From positions 206,212,001-206,276,000 of the forward strand of contig OZ024742.1 in assembly GCA_964016885.1 (NCBI GenBank): 64,000 nucleotides of DNA, written 5' to 3'. The notes beneath the pieces were generated by a model. The model was given only the letters and a program-made list of their open reading frames with translations, was not told the origin of the DNA and ran no database searches. Positions 24,062 through 37,830 of this stretch are shown here, piece by piece (positions within the stretch are counted from its first letter, which is position 1; every line of letters begins with the position of its first letter). The position numbers and the translations under genes were made by a program. Source of the DNA: Eledone cirrhosa. Taxonomy: Eukaryota.

Positions 24062-26398
24062 TACTTGATACTTTTGACAGTAAGGAAGAACAATTAGAGA
24101 CCTACAATATAGGGGAAGTGGGAATTCCTGAAAGTTAACCTGCTGAAAGTGACAGATGAAATCTGTGGCTGGAGCAGATTTTTAAGCAGAGGATAGAAAG
24201 TTCAAGCATGTTTTACAATACAAGGACCAAAAACATGAGGTGTTCAGGATTGCAAGGCAATGTGTCAAGGAGAATTGTGATATTGTCGGGGAGAAGTGTG
24301 TCCATAATGATGATGGTGTACTTGTACTCACTGATACTGATAGGAAGGTAGCTTGGAAGTGTTACTATAAGAGACTACTAAATGAGGAGAATGAATAGGA
24401 TAAAGATAGTCTGCCCCAAATCGATCCAAAAGAAGGACCAGCTGTGCAAGTTAATGGTAGTATAATAAGTAAGGCAATCAAAAATATGAAGACAGACAAG
24501 GCAGCTGGGCCTTTGGAGATAGTTGCCGAGATGTTGAAAGCATCTGGAATGGTGGGACATACTATGGTCACCTGGATAATAAACCAAGTAATACAGAATG
24601 AGGTCATACAAAATGACTGGCATAGCAACAATTGCTACAAGGGCAAAGGAGACGCTCTAGATAGAGAAAACTATAGAGGTATTAAGTTAGTTGACCAAGT
24701 CATGGAGGTCACAGAAAGAGTTATTGCACAACTAATCAGAGACTGAATTGATCTAGATGTAATGCAGTTTGGGTTTGTGTCTAGTAAAAGTACCACAGAT
24801 GCTCTTTTCCTTATACAGCAACCACAGGAGAAGTACCTAGCTAAAAGTAAACCCCTCTACTTAGCTTTGGTTGACTTGGAGAAGGCCTTTGATAGAGTCC
24901 CCCGCTCCATTATCTGGTGGGCTCTTAGAAAACTAGGATTAGATGAATGGCTAGTGAAGACTTTAGCGTAAAAGTAGGTGTTCTTCAAGGCCTTTATCCT
25001 TATCTCCTTCCTGTTTATTATTGCCCTACAGGATATAACAGAAGAGTTTAAGACTGGCTGCCCATGGGTACTTCTATATACAGATTATCTAATAGCTGAA
25101 TCTATGGTTGAACTAGAGAAGAAATTCCAAACATGGAAGCATGGCCTAGAATCAAAAGGCCGTAAAGTTAACTTGTCTAAGACTAAAGTTCTCGTATGTA
25201 GAAAGGAAAATAGGGTACAGGAGCCCTCTGGGAAATGGCCATGCTCAGTGTGTAAGAAAGGAGTAGGTAGAAATTCCATTCTATGCCCTAAATGCAAACT
25301 ATGGGTACATAAATGATGTAGTGAGATCACAGGTAAACAATCTAAGAACGTAAATTTTATATGTGGCCGATGGTCAGGTGCAATAAGTAGCAAGTTCCCC
25401 CAGGATACTAGCTCCTTCTACTGCCCAGATGGTGCTATAGAAATAGTGGACACTTTTCGTTACCTGGGAGACAAAATCAACAGTGGTGTAGGGTGCTCTG
25501 AAAGTACAGTAGCCAGAGTCAGAACGGGATGGAAACAGTTCAGAGAGTTAATACTGTTGTTGGCTACAAAAGGTTTCTCTCTAAAAATGAAAGGCAGATT
25601 GTATGATGCTTGCATACGAACAGCAATGTTACATGGGCATTACATGCAGAGGACCTGTGCAGATTGGAGAGGAATGAAGCATGCATGCTCCGTTGGATGT
25701 GAAATAGTAATATACACAAACGGCAAAGCATAAATGAACTAAGTGAGAAATTAGGAATAAGAGGGATCAGATGCAGTTTCCTTGAGAGGAGATTGCGTTG
25801 GTATGGACATGTGATGCACATGAAAGACAACAGCTGTATAAAAAAGTGCAGGGTAATCAAAATTGATAGAAGTTACGGAGGAGGTAGGTCAGAAAAACCT
25901 GGGACGACGTGACAAAATCCAACCTTGCACACTTACACTTCTCTAAGACAATGTCACTGGACTGAGATCTTTGGTGCCACGCAGTAATACAGAAGACACA
26001 CCTTCCCTACATGCAAAATTAAACTACAGTCAGTAGGCACTTCTTAACCAAATATACACCCCGACCCACTACTCCTACTCCATCCTACCACTTCTACCCA
26101 CACCACCATTTCTCTGTAAAGTTATGTTGGTACCACAGTCCAAACTAAAGAGGTCGTGTAGGTGTCACAACAAAAAAACACAGTCCATGCTGTAAAGTGG
26201 TCGCGTAGGAGACATGGTAAAAAGGCTCCCAGTCCACACTGTGGTTGGTATTAGGTAGGGCATCCAGCCATAGAAAACTTGCCAGATACAGTTCTATACA
26301 AGTGAGACATGGTCACCCGACTAATCTTGCCTCAAGTGGTACAATCCCGTCTAACCTATGCTAGCGTGGAAGATGGATTGTAAACGATGATGATGATG
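24062..26398 (+). mobile_element. RTE-clade LINE, decayed with internal deletions, directly downstream of the previous copy
   Basis: ORFs 24444, 24762, 24978 and 25446 are consecutive RT segments; (GAT)n tail at ~26386-26398. Confidence 0.92.
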
Positions 26399-26668
26399 GG
26401 AAATACAAGTAGTTGTTTTGCCCCAAAACAAAACTGGAGTATCTAAGCATGTAAGAGGGAATATAATGTATGATCTGGTTGGTATTAATGAAGTTTATAT
26501 TTAATATTTTAAATTACATCATTAAGTTGCTACAAAGTTATTTCTACTGGCAGTTGATTAAATTGTAAAAGGTTCTGACCTACTAGCCAAATAATACATG
26601 GTTCATATTTTACCATCTTCACAGGACTATGTCAATAGAGAAGTCATTTAACATTCAATGACTCAGTC

Positions 26669-29600
26669 TGTGGTTAGAAAAAGCTATCTCACTTACGGCT
26701 TTTCATAGGCGCCGCTAAATCCCACTGCTGGTTTCTCCTCTTCCACATGCGTCCAACTCCTTAACACCGGGAGCTGCCAAAACTCACGTCCACACCATTG
26801 CTGGTCACCACTAGAGAGAGGCCGATCTGCTGGCCCTTCCGGTCGAGCATCCTTCCGGTCGAGCACCTCCCCGCCTCTGGCCACCGCACGCCACACCATA
26901 CCCACACGCCCCCCTGATCTCAAGGATCAATTTCTCCCTCGTCCTTCTGCATAAGAAAGTCTGCTGTCCAAGTTGGTGGTTTGCGACTTATTTGCGATCT
27001 CCGCAGTTTTGGGGCGGCACTTTGGGTTTCCTCTTCCTCAGAGTCCGTTGACACAGTAATTCTACGGACATCCAGGACATGACGTGGTACTCCGTCCACG
27101 GACACATAGTTCTGGGAATTTACGGCCATCACCATTCCCCTTCCCCATTGAGATGTGCAACGTGCATCTGGGGGCTTAACCCAGACTTCTTCGCCCACCT
27201 GCACGAATGCACTCTGGCCGTTGTGGTGGCGTGCACAGGTGCCGCCACTCGTATCTGAATACTGCTCTGTGTGGCACCGATTCCTCGACCTGTCTCACCC
27301 GAGGGGACATGTTGTACCAGAACACTGCCTCCATTGGTGAGATATGGCCCTGCTCCGCCATGGCCTTGATCGTCCGGTAGTGTCGCTCCACAATTCCATT
27401 CCCGCTCGGCCTGTGCGCTGCTCTGAAGAAACAGTCCACCTTCCATCCATCGAGCATCTCCCTCAGCGTCTCCGAGCGGAACGCTACGCTGTTTTCCATC
27501 AGCAGTTCGTCCATAGGGCCCCGCTCCAAGAACACCTCTCTCAACGTCCGCATGATTTCCTCGGCCGTTCCAGTCTTCATCTCCCTCCATATCGCCATCC
27601 GTCCTGGTCCACAGTCGACCATCGAGAGGTACGTTCCCTGTCGGTAGTGTGTTACATCCACCGCCAATCGCTGCCAGTCGCGATCCACCGGGAGGCTTCC
27701 CGTTTCGTGCACACCCGGGGTGGAATCAATGGACTGACATCAGACGCAGCCTCTAACCACCCTTTGAACACTGTGTCTGTTAACGTCCGAGTCGATTCTC
27801 CTGGCTAGGAACAGGCTCCTATCCACTCCCATGTGGTGCATGTCATGCAACCCTTTCAGATCCGACTCGGTCAGCCGACACACGGCAGCTATCTTATCTT
27901 CTACCTCCTCCGGCGCTTCCATCCAGGCTTTCTTCACCCTAGTTAAGACGTCCGCCCTATTTTTCTCTGAGGGCACGAAAACTACGCTCAGCCTCAGGTC
28001 GAACTCGGTGGCCAGCTCTCCTAAAGTTCCCAGGCGGCGCTTTATCAGCATCTCCGCCGCCCCTCTCGTTCGCACTCTCTTCTCACTGGTGAACACTGAT
28101 CTCGCCCATCCGAGTACAGTAGCCGAGTCGGTGCGATTCTCGATGGTGCGCAGTCTCCACCTCAGGGCGAGGTTCACCCCTCTCAACACTGCGTCCAGTT
28201 CGGCCACATTGATGTGGTTGCAGTCGTCCTTCTTCCTAAGCCATGCTGCATCCTCGACCTCAACACCTCCTATATCCAACGCGACACCCAGCGCCATGCT
28301 GCTGGCATCGCACCATACGGTCCCACTCTGTGATTTGGAAACATACCAGCGTCCCCGCACTGGGTCGTCGGCCTTCACCCTCCCCACGAGCTCCTGCATC
28401 ATGGCCACCATCCTCTCTCCCACTCTGTCACTCCTCCCGCTCGCCTCTTGACATTGCTGCATGCCGTCCGGAGCCACCCAGCAATCAGGTAGTGACCCAC
28501 CAACTTTCCACACACCGAGAAAAGCTCCCGCCTACTCATACTTGGGCCCGTCCTGTCTCGCCGTAGCCTAAGTCCCAGCGTGGCTCCTCCCTCCAACGCT
28601 TCTGACGGCTTTGCAAACAGTCCATACCCCTGTAAATCGCTCGTGACCTCCGCCGCAGACACCACAGACTCGTCCACTAGGATGTCGTCAATGTAGGAGT
28701 TAGTGGCCCTCTTCATCTTGTCGGCCTTTCCCAGAATGGCCTTGAGGACCGCCGCCATGATCTTCGGTGTGGAGCTCAGCCCGAAACCGAGCCTGGTCAG
28801 GCGATATGTCCGGCCCTTATACCTGACCAGCTGATACTGCCAGAGCTTCTCATCTATATGCAATTGCAAGTATACCGACTTTAGATCTACGATTGCGTGG
28901 TGGATGGGATTGGCGTGGTTATGGGCATGGACGCAATTGGCCGTCTAGGAGGCGTCACAGTGAACAACGTCCGTGTGTCGTTTGGCGCCACTGCATCGGT
29001 ATGCGCTGTGAGTACGTGACAAGAGAACCAGAAAGCCAACGAGGAGAAATACTCCGCTTACACTGTGCAGGACAAAGACTTCAAGGCCGTGTTTGATGGG
29101 CAGCGATGGGTTGTTGAGTGGTACTGGAAGGGAGAACCACCAACACTGAAGACCAAAGTGGGCTGCTATCAACACACATTGAAGGGAAACATTAGGAGCG
29201 AGTTCGAGCGAGAGGTATAGAGATGGATTGAGGAGGGCATACTGCTTCCCTGGAAAGAGGAGGTGAAGTGCGGAGTATTGCCGTTAATGGCAACCCACGA
29301 AGAACAAGGTGAGGCCGGTGCTGGACTTTCGGGAGCTGAACGAGCACGTGTCATGCCACACGGATGGCTAGGTCACGGATGTCTGTGGGGAAACCCTGCA
29401 TGAGTGGAGACGCATGACGGGTTTCCCCACAGACTCCTCTCTGTTTTTCCAGTAGCTTTTTTTTTTTTTTTTTCAATCAGGTCTCAGTTTCCAGTGCCGA
29501 AATAGCTTGTGGTTAGAAAAATCTATCTCACTTACCGCTTTTCATAGCCGCCGCTAAATCCCACTGCTGGTTTTCACGTGCGTCCAACTCTTTAACACCG

Positions 29601-29753
29601 GGAACTGCCAAAACTCGCGTCCACACCGTTGCTGGTCACCACTAGAGAGAGGCCGATCTGCTGGCCCTTCCGGTCGAGCATCCTTCCGGCCAAGCACCTT
29701 TCCGGTCGAGCACTCCCCCGCTTCCGGCCACCGCACGCCACACCATACCCACA
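26669..29753 (-). mobile_element. Gypsy/Ty3-like LTR retrotransposon, gag-deleted, with internal inversion
   Basis: LTRs 26669-26906 and 29508-29753 (TGTGG...CCACA). TSD cagtc/cagtt. Purine tract next to the left (3') LTR. RT (LGFGL, YIDD), RNase H-like (WCDAS, INVAELDA) and integrase (LAVDVT, SGNGIVER) ORFs in RT-RH-IN order. Confidence 0.92.
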
Positions 29754-29974
29754 CAGTTCACCTAGATGTATATAGATGTATAAAGATACTATGGAAGGTA
29801 CATCCTCCTGCTGCACCACCTCTATAGCTATGTTACGTAACATTAAATGACTCAGTCCACCTAGATGTATATAGATACTGTCGGACGTACAACCTAATGC
29901 TGCAGTCAGTGGGAGCATTTTATAACTATAAATAGACCAGTTTTTAGACCAGTTAATCTATTATGCTTTTATTA

Positions 29975-30160
29975 GCCAAGCTCATAAATGCTTAGCAGTA
30001 TTTGTTCTGGCTCTTTATGTTGTGAGTTCAAATCCTGCTGAGGTCAACTTTGCCTTTCATCCTTCTAAGTTTAATAAAATAAAATATCAGTCAAATACTG
30101 AGGTTGATATAATTTGCTCCCTTCAGATTGCTGGCCTTGTGTCAACATTAGAAAGAATTA
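29975..30160 (+). mobile_element. tRNA-derived SINE (degenerate)
   Basis: 'gagttcaaatcctgctgaggtcaactttgcctttcatcc' B box plus core; same family as 1131-1316. Confidence 0.7.
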
Positions 30161-32002
30161 TGTGTCTATCATGAGAACAAAATGCAACACTAACACTCCT
30201 CTCTCCTGCTTTATTTATTTGGCCATGAAACTTAACAATTATGTTGGTTAGAATGATAATATGTAGCTCGGGGTAAATCTAGAGTCTAGCTAACCAATGT
30301 TTTCCATATTATAAAGTTCTGTAATATATGAGAAAGACTAACAGCATTGTTTACATGACTTTAATATTGTTTTGTATGAAAGAAGTAAATGATAAATAGA
30401 ATAAAAAAAAGAAAGATCAGCTTCACATGTTTGTAAGGGTAGTAATTCTGAATTTAGAAAAAAATCCATCTGAATAAACAGAGTTGAAAGATTTTTTAAT
30501 GACATTTCATTCTGGATTTTCAATTTTTGAAAGAAAATCAGATTTTGAGTATAACTGTCATAAATGATTTCACAGCTGTTTTTCCTCTATACTACCATAG
30601 CATCTAATATAACAGTATTGTCCCATATTTTAGAAAATTTCTTTCATTAAACTTAACCCTCTTCATCTAATTCTAACTAACATTACCCCATATATTTGTA
30701 ACCCTAGATTTCATAACATCTGTTTTCCCTACAATCTTTTCAGCAAGTCACATCTGCAGTCGAAATTTTATATACTTCACTCATCTTAATATTATTAATC
30801 AATTAGTTTAATAAATTTTATTTCTATTTCTATCAAAAGCTAATGCTATTTCTATCAAAAGCTAATGCTAGTTGACTAGCTAGAAAAAGCAGCTAAATCT
30901 TCCTCAAATCACACCCTCCAACTGCTATCTTTAAAATGGGAAGATATATTGAGCCATGCAATTTTTGAGAACTAAAAGGCTGTACTGCTCATTGCAGAAA
31001 TACTTTTGACCAAAGGAATGTAAATGCTTAATAAAACAAATATGATATTGATAATGGGGCATCTTATACATAGAATACATCAGACTATTTATATAAGACA
31101 ATATCTCATTGTAACTTACATAAGACAATGTGCAGTTAATCCTGTATGTGTGCGTGAGTGTATGTATGTTGACTGACCTAACGATATTTTCTTTAGTCAA
31201 TTATAGTAAACCACCACCACCACTATGCACACACATCTATACATACAGATACGTATGTGTGAATGTATGTCTGTGTGTGTCTGTCTTAGTATATGTATGA
31301 GAGTGTATGTGAGAGTGTGTGCGAGTGTATGTGCGAGTGTATGTGGGTGTATGTGGGGGTGTATGTGTGTGTGAGTGTATGTGTGATAATCTTTATTTTC
31401 ATTTGGATTAAAACAATAGGCCGTCACATTGTGTATATGAATATGTATGTGTCTGTGTGTGTGTTTGTGCGTTCATTAGGTATGTTATTAAATACACACA
31501 CACATCTACACATTCATGAATTACACAATGAATATTGTTTACCCTAAGGTACTTCAAGATTGACCGATTTTCTAAATTCTATTATCATTACAATTTTGAT
31601 ATTTTTTTAATAAAATATAGATATTTTGAAATAATTATGAGAAAAAAAAACATATCTGAATAAGAACAGCAGTAACCTGGGCAATGCCGGGTAATTCAGC
31701 TAACATTGTATATATAAAATATAGGAAGTTAACTTTTAGAAACTAAACTCAGGCATCCTAAAGTCAAATTTTGAATAATCTATCATGTCAGATTTCATCA
31801 TATTGACATCTCATATATAAAAGAAAGGCAGAATTATTAGAGTGGTACACAAAATGCCTGGCAGTAGCAGTATTTTGTCACTTTCTTTTATGTTCTGAGA
31901 ACAAATCTTGCCAGGTTCAACTTTGCCTTTTATCTCTTTATTAGTGAAGAACTAGGAATTGATTTAATAGACTTCCTCTAAACTAATTGTAGCATTGTCT
32001 CT

Positions 32003-32172
32003 GGTGGATTGGCAGTATCAGTAGAGGGTCGGGCGCCATGCTTTCCAGCATAGTTACGTCCCTTTACGATCTGAGTTCAAATCCTGGCGAGGTTGACTTT
32101 ACGGGGTCGATAAAATAAAGTACCAGTAATGCACTGGGTAATTGCTGGCCTTGTGCCTAAAGTAGAAACAAT
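32003..32172 (+). mobile_element. tRNA-derived SINE
   Basis: Near-identical to the reverse complement of 1131-1316 with a short core deletion. Confidence 0.85.
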
Positions 32173-32835
32173 TATATATAAATAACACCTGCAGTTTATT
32201 TGTTGATACTGTCCACTTGTTTTCAAATAGCTGCTACAATTAATATCTTTAATAATGAACATTTTTTCTCTCTTTAGTTGCTTACAATAACTAGCTTTAA
32301 TTACAGAACATATGAATAGTTCAAATGGCTGGTAAAGTGCTAAAGCAGAAAGTTCAAGCCTCATCTAGAAATTCATAGTTTGCAAGTTAAGACTAGTAAA
32401 ACCTCTACAGAAAGCATCATCAACAACCACAGAAAAATGCTACTAAACGTGTCATTAAATGTCAGGTGGATGCTAGTGAATTAGTCTTATTAAAAGCATT
32501 TGTTATAGAACAATCACATTCAATCTGATGATAATTTATAAATTAAGTCTCTATTATCTATTCTATTAGGTAATATTTATCATTTACTAACAATATAAGG
32601 AAAGTTGATAGAAAATATATGGATGTATAGAAAGATAGATTGACAGATAAAATGGATAAATAGGAGAAATGGATCCAAATATAGAGTTGGGTATACAGAT
32701 AGATGAATAGATAGTGTAGAAAGGAGAACACAATTGCATATTTCATGCACTGGTTTAATTGATAAAGTCAATTACTTTGCCCTACTGATATTTTTTCAGA
32801 ATCTTTGTTTCTGACAGTCTGGTGAACTGTATGAT

Positions 32836-35528
32836 TGTAGAATAAAGGATTCTACCCAGAAAAACAATATGCCTGTTAAATGAGTCTTGAACACTCTTTG
32901 CTTTTCTTAAGACTTTATTTCTGAAGCAATGACAAAAGAACTTCTCAGCACATCTGTGTCCAGCGTAAGCCATTTGCAAAGTGACAAAAGCGCTTTGACG
33001 TCTAGCAAAGAAGAGTTCCAAAACAAAGGGGGATAAGGGGTGAGACTGTACAAGTCGTATTTCTCTATGCCCTCCCCAAGTCTGACAAAGACTGAAAATA
33101 TGTAGCATGGTCATAAGGAGTTTGAGTGATGATACATGCAGTACTGTGAGTGAGTTACTCAAACAAAACACATGCGGGGTTGTTGATGATCAGAGTGTCA
33201 GTCATAGATTGGGTTTTGTGCCAGTGTTGGTTAGTTGCACAGAGCGTCAGACAGTGTGGGAGTCAGGTGGTGGATCAGATGTCTGTGGGCTAGGCTGCTT
33301 CTTGAGACCAAGGGCATTGTGTGGCAGTAGGGCACGAAAGGCTCTTGAGGCACGGCCACTGATGGAGTGTCTTAAATTACTAGGGGTTACTGGGGTCGTC
33401 TCTCTTGGGGTTGTTAGTTTGGCTGGAGTGGCCCTCAGGGCGGGTGGGGTGTGCAAGTTTTTGAACGCAGTGGTGTCGGCTTCCGATGGTGGGCAAGGCT
33501 GGTTAACCTGAGTGACAGGGGCTCAGCTTGAGGTGTCTGTAGTGTGGCTTCTCCATCATGCTAGTTTGTCAAAGTTATTGGTACTGGAGTCATAATTTGG
33601 CTGGGGACCATGACTATCGGTGCACGGGCTGCAACTGGGAGGTACATCTGAAGGAACTTCCTGTTGCGCAGTGTGACTCATCCTCTACTGTCCACCCTCA
33701 CCCAGTACTGATCTAACTGGTGCACTTCTACTACAATGTCGGTTTTGTCCCATTTCCTAGGGTTAGGTCCAATTTGGTTCTGGATGTGGACGCATTCTTC
33801 AATTGTCAGAGGCTGGAGTGAGTGAGTGTGTTCTGATAGCTTTTCGGCGGTGCGCATGTGGCATTTAAGTAGATCTTCTTCACGGGAGGTGAGTGTTTCA
33901 CACCATGTTGAGTGTAGTTGGTAGTTACCAGGGTGAATTGGGATGAAGTCTCGTATTGGGTGGCCAAAAATACACATGGCCGGGGATAGGTGAGTGCCCT
34001 GGTCAGGGGTATTCCTATACTGTAGTATGGCACACTGGAATCTGTTGGTACAAAGGGCACCATTGGTGTCAGTGTTCTCGGTGATGAGGCTCTTTACCGT
34101 CTTAACACCAACCTCAGCATGGCAGTTTCTATGGGGGAAGGCAACTGAAGAAATCTTGTGGTGCACTCCCCAGCTGTGGAGGAAGGTGACTGTATGCTTT
34201 GAGGTAAATTCTGGCCCACCTTCCAACGTCAGTTTGTTGCTGATGCCGTATGTTACAAAGATGCAGTGCAGGGTGGTGACAAGTCCTGCTGCACCATTGG
34301 AAGTCTCCTTCACACTGGGCAAGTTATTGTATCTATCCCACGGACACAAGGTAGTTACAGCCACGGTACTGGAGGTAATCTGCTACGAGAGTCTGGAACA
34401 GATAGGCCGGGATTATTGGAGGGGTAGGGGGTGCACTTGGTTGCGAAGGTGCCATCCTGTTGGATGGTGAACAGCATGCCTGCATCCCTGTGATGGCTGG
34501 AGTCATGCCTGGTCAAAAGAAGGAGGTCTCTGCCCTGGAGCACATTTGCGTGACACCTTGGTGAGCGGAGTGCAAGGCCTGGAGAACCTGGTTGTGCAGA
34601 GAAGGGGGGATGATTGCCTGGTTGTGATAGAGGATAACTCCGTCAAAGCTGGTGAGTCCATTGCGGAATTGGTAGTATTGCTGCAGCTCTTGGGGGAGTT
34701 TGTTGTAGTCCTCTGCGAAGCCCTCTTCCTCTCATTGTCATAAGTTTTATCATGCTGGGGTTGCTGGATGTGGCGACGTGGACCATGTCTCATGTGACGG
34801 ATTGGATCACCTCGGTAGTAGGTGACAGGGAGTCTTTGTACGTGCACACCTGAGTGTCATCTTGTTGGCTTGTGCGGATAGCTGTGAGGAAAGTGTGTGG
34901 CAGAAGGGGTGGTTGAGTGGTTCTGTTGGCTCACTCATGGTTGCAACATCATCAGGGAGGTCGAGTGGTGTGGGGTCTCTAACTGGGTTGTGTGAGATAG
35001 TATCAGCTGCATTGATTTGAGCCTATCATTGGAGATGACGCTGTTGTTGGTGGCAGACACTCTCATGGTGGTGTAAGATACTGCACTTGGTGCATATGTG
35101 GATGCATCTCTGCTCAAAGTAGGCCCACTCTTCGCTCATTCCAGCCATGGAGATGAGGGGGAATTGTACCTTCATGGGTGCAACTGCTCCTGTAGTGGGT
35201 GGCGGTGCATTCGTGCTGTGAGTGGTGGAGTTGCGAAGGTTGATGAAACACCTCCATGGGAAGGTTGGCAGACCATGTCATGTCGCAGTCAGTCGTTCAT
35301 GTTGGTTTGCAGGAAGTCGAGTGTACTTCTTTTGTGATAAATGAGTCTTGAAGACTCTTTGCTTTTCTTAAGACTATTTCTGAAGCAATGACAAAAGAAG
35401 TTCTCAGCACGTCTGTGTCCAACGTAAGCCATTTGCAAAGTGACGAAAGTGCTTTGACGTCTAGCAAAGAAGAATTCCACAACAAAGGGAGATAAGGGGC
35501 GAGACTGTACGATCCTTATTCCTCTACC
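32836..35528 (-). mobile_element. Second Gypsy-like LTR retrotransposon (decayed, internally deleted)
   Basis: Direct repeats ~32877-33068 and 35338-35528. Terminal inverted motif tgtagaataaagga / tccttattcctctac. Purine tract at 33070-33083. Integrase ORF 33678-34364 ([31 protein letters not shown]). Confidence 0.85.
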
Positions 35529-37614
35529 TGTAATGATTTTGAGTTATACACTATTTTACATTAACAACTACACCAAATATATATATATATACTTATTTCC
35601 TTATGCAATGATTTATCCAAAAATATATGAAAACAGGTTTGTTAATTTATGTTCCAAACATACAATGGTAAAGTTAGTTATATTACTAAATACCTCCAAA
35701 TTCCTGATTATTTCCCAAATCATGGGTAGTTTCTTTTATTAAAAATATGGTAACAAAAGGGTTAAGAAGACTAGTTGCTTTACTGGTATAAAAGCTTAGT
35801 TGCTCAGTTTATTTAGAATAACTGCAACCAAAATCAATCAATCTTCTTTGGATTAATACAACAAAAGGTACTGGAGTAAGCAATTGCACTTTTTTCATGT
35901 GTATTGTCTTTACAAACTTTTCCAAATCCAGAATGCTTGTCAGCCAAATTTTCAAGAGATCTACAATGCTTTGCAATCTTTTTTTACTTGAGATATCTGA
36001 CTAAATTTGCCAACCCTTCTACAATGGTTTATGACAAGACAAGTATTGAATAAGAAATGAAGGAAAAGTCTCTTCTGAAACAATACAGCAGTAATGCTAA
36101 ATCTCTTCTATTGATCCTAAAGACGTTGGCAGGATAACCCCAATCAAAGATATTTTTCTTTATTACTCTTAATTTTTTCTATTCTACCCCAACCATGACA
36201 TAAATAATAGAAAGGAAGTTAAAGAAATATAGTAGGTGATTTCAACTTATCTCCTGGCATAAAATCATCTTGGTATTGGAATGGTGTATTATTTCTGAAG
36301 CTTATGCTGTGTCAAATATCAATGCAGGTAAAGAACAATTTCAATTACATTAAATCTTTATTTCTCAGTAATGACATGTGGTACCAGTAATTTTTTTTTT
36401 CTGTTTTAGTTAACAACTTCAAAATGTTACAAAGCTTATTTTAGCTAAATTAAGCCAGGAAAATGAACAAATAAGTTATCTACACATTTATTTTTAATTT
36501 TATGAGAAATGTCATTCACACTTTTTAAATAAAATTCTTTCAGCACTTGGTAAACCAATGACAATGTGTGATCAATATATTTTGTTCCATTATGTTAATC
36601 CATTAAAATGTCCTAAAATGCAACTTAAAGATTTTGAATTAATTCTTTCAGAATGTAGCAGTTAAATCATAAGTCTATATATTCAAAGGATCTGCAACAT
36701 AACAGAATTTCACTAAATCTACAATTAAGTTAGCTAAAATAGGATAGATTCATCATGGATCCTATCAAAGGATGGTTTCCTTGCTTGACTGAATTTGAAA
36801 TGATGGAATATTAGTTTGTGGTATTGTAATATCTCTCATTAAAGATTTTAAAATAAACACCTCTCAATCTTTCTTTAGAATTCAATTCACTGGAACTAAA
36901 GCTTTCTTCCATCAAGAAATTTGAAACAATAAAAAGAAAATGAATAAATAACCCTTTCGACTCATCTAGTGATCCTCCAGTATATGTATAATGAAAAGTT
37001 AGTGCCTGATGGCTGAGCTCATGCTGCTTCATGAGTTATCCACTTGCCGTTGAAATGGCATGAGCTCAACTGTCAGATCATTCAAGCATATAAAATTCTA
37101 AAAGATTTCTTGGTAATGTGTCTGCTCTTCTAACTTATCACTAAAATGAACCTGTATTAGTGGTCCTCAGACCATCTCCATTCTCACTGCTATCAGGGTG
37201 GAGTTGGCCATATGCAAAAGTCAGCCCCATGAGTTGGAATGGCTATTTCAATGAGTCTTCCTCACTGTCCTCTGGTGAAATGCTTTTTCCATTCTGTCCA
37301 CTTGGACAAGGCAGCATGAACCCAGGGTTTTGCATACAAAAGAGCATTCAGCCAGGGCCATGTCATTGGGGGTTCCAATGTGTAAGTACTCTTTCTCAAG
37401 TTTTCATTATTAGTTAGGAGAAACACAAACTATGGGAGGATGACAAATCTATAGAATGTAGATTATAATTTCGGAATTCTATCACTATCATTGTTTTCAT
37501 TGGATATCAAGTCACAACCCTGATTATTTTCTAGTTTACTAAAGTGAAAATTAAAAAACCCAGTACATAAATCTCCGAATTGAAAGATCACAGCTTTGAT
37601 ACTATGGGCATGCA

Positions 37615-37830
37615 GTTAGAATGTCTCAGGAAAGAATTGCTGGACAGGTTTTTATGGCAGGAGACCCAGGGGTAGACCCAGAGCTAGATGGTTGGATAAC
37701 ATCCATGAGCTTAGCTGGTCACACTTGGGGATCCAGCTGAATCAATTGGTGATGTTTGCTTCTGACAAGACCTGCTGTCCTCCAACATTCTCAGGAATAA
37801 ATGGGCAAAGAAGAAAGAGAAAAAGAAGTA
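37615..37830 (+). mobile_element. LINE 3'-end fragment (RTE-like, GAA-tailed family)
   Basis: Homologous to 63300-63547 ('gttagaatgtctcag..ggttggataa.atccatgagct.agct'). Confidence 0.65.

Noticed and set aside
36811-37417. Higher-complexity unique stretch that might be coding
   Set aside because: Only short ORFs, no motifs and no convincing splice pair.
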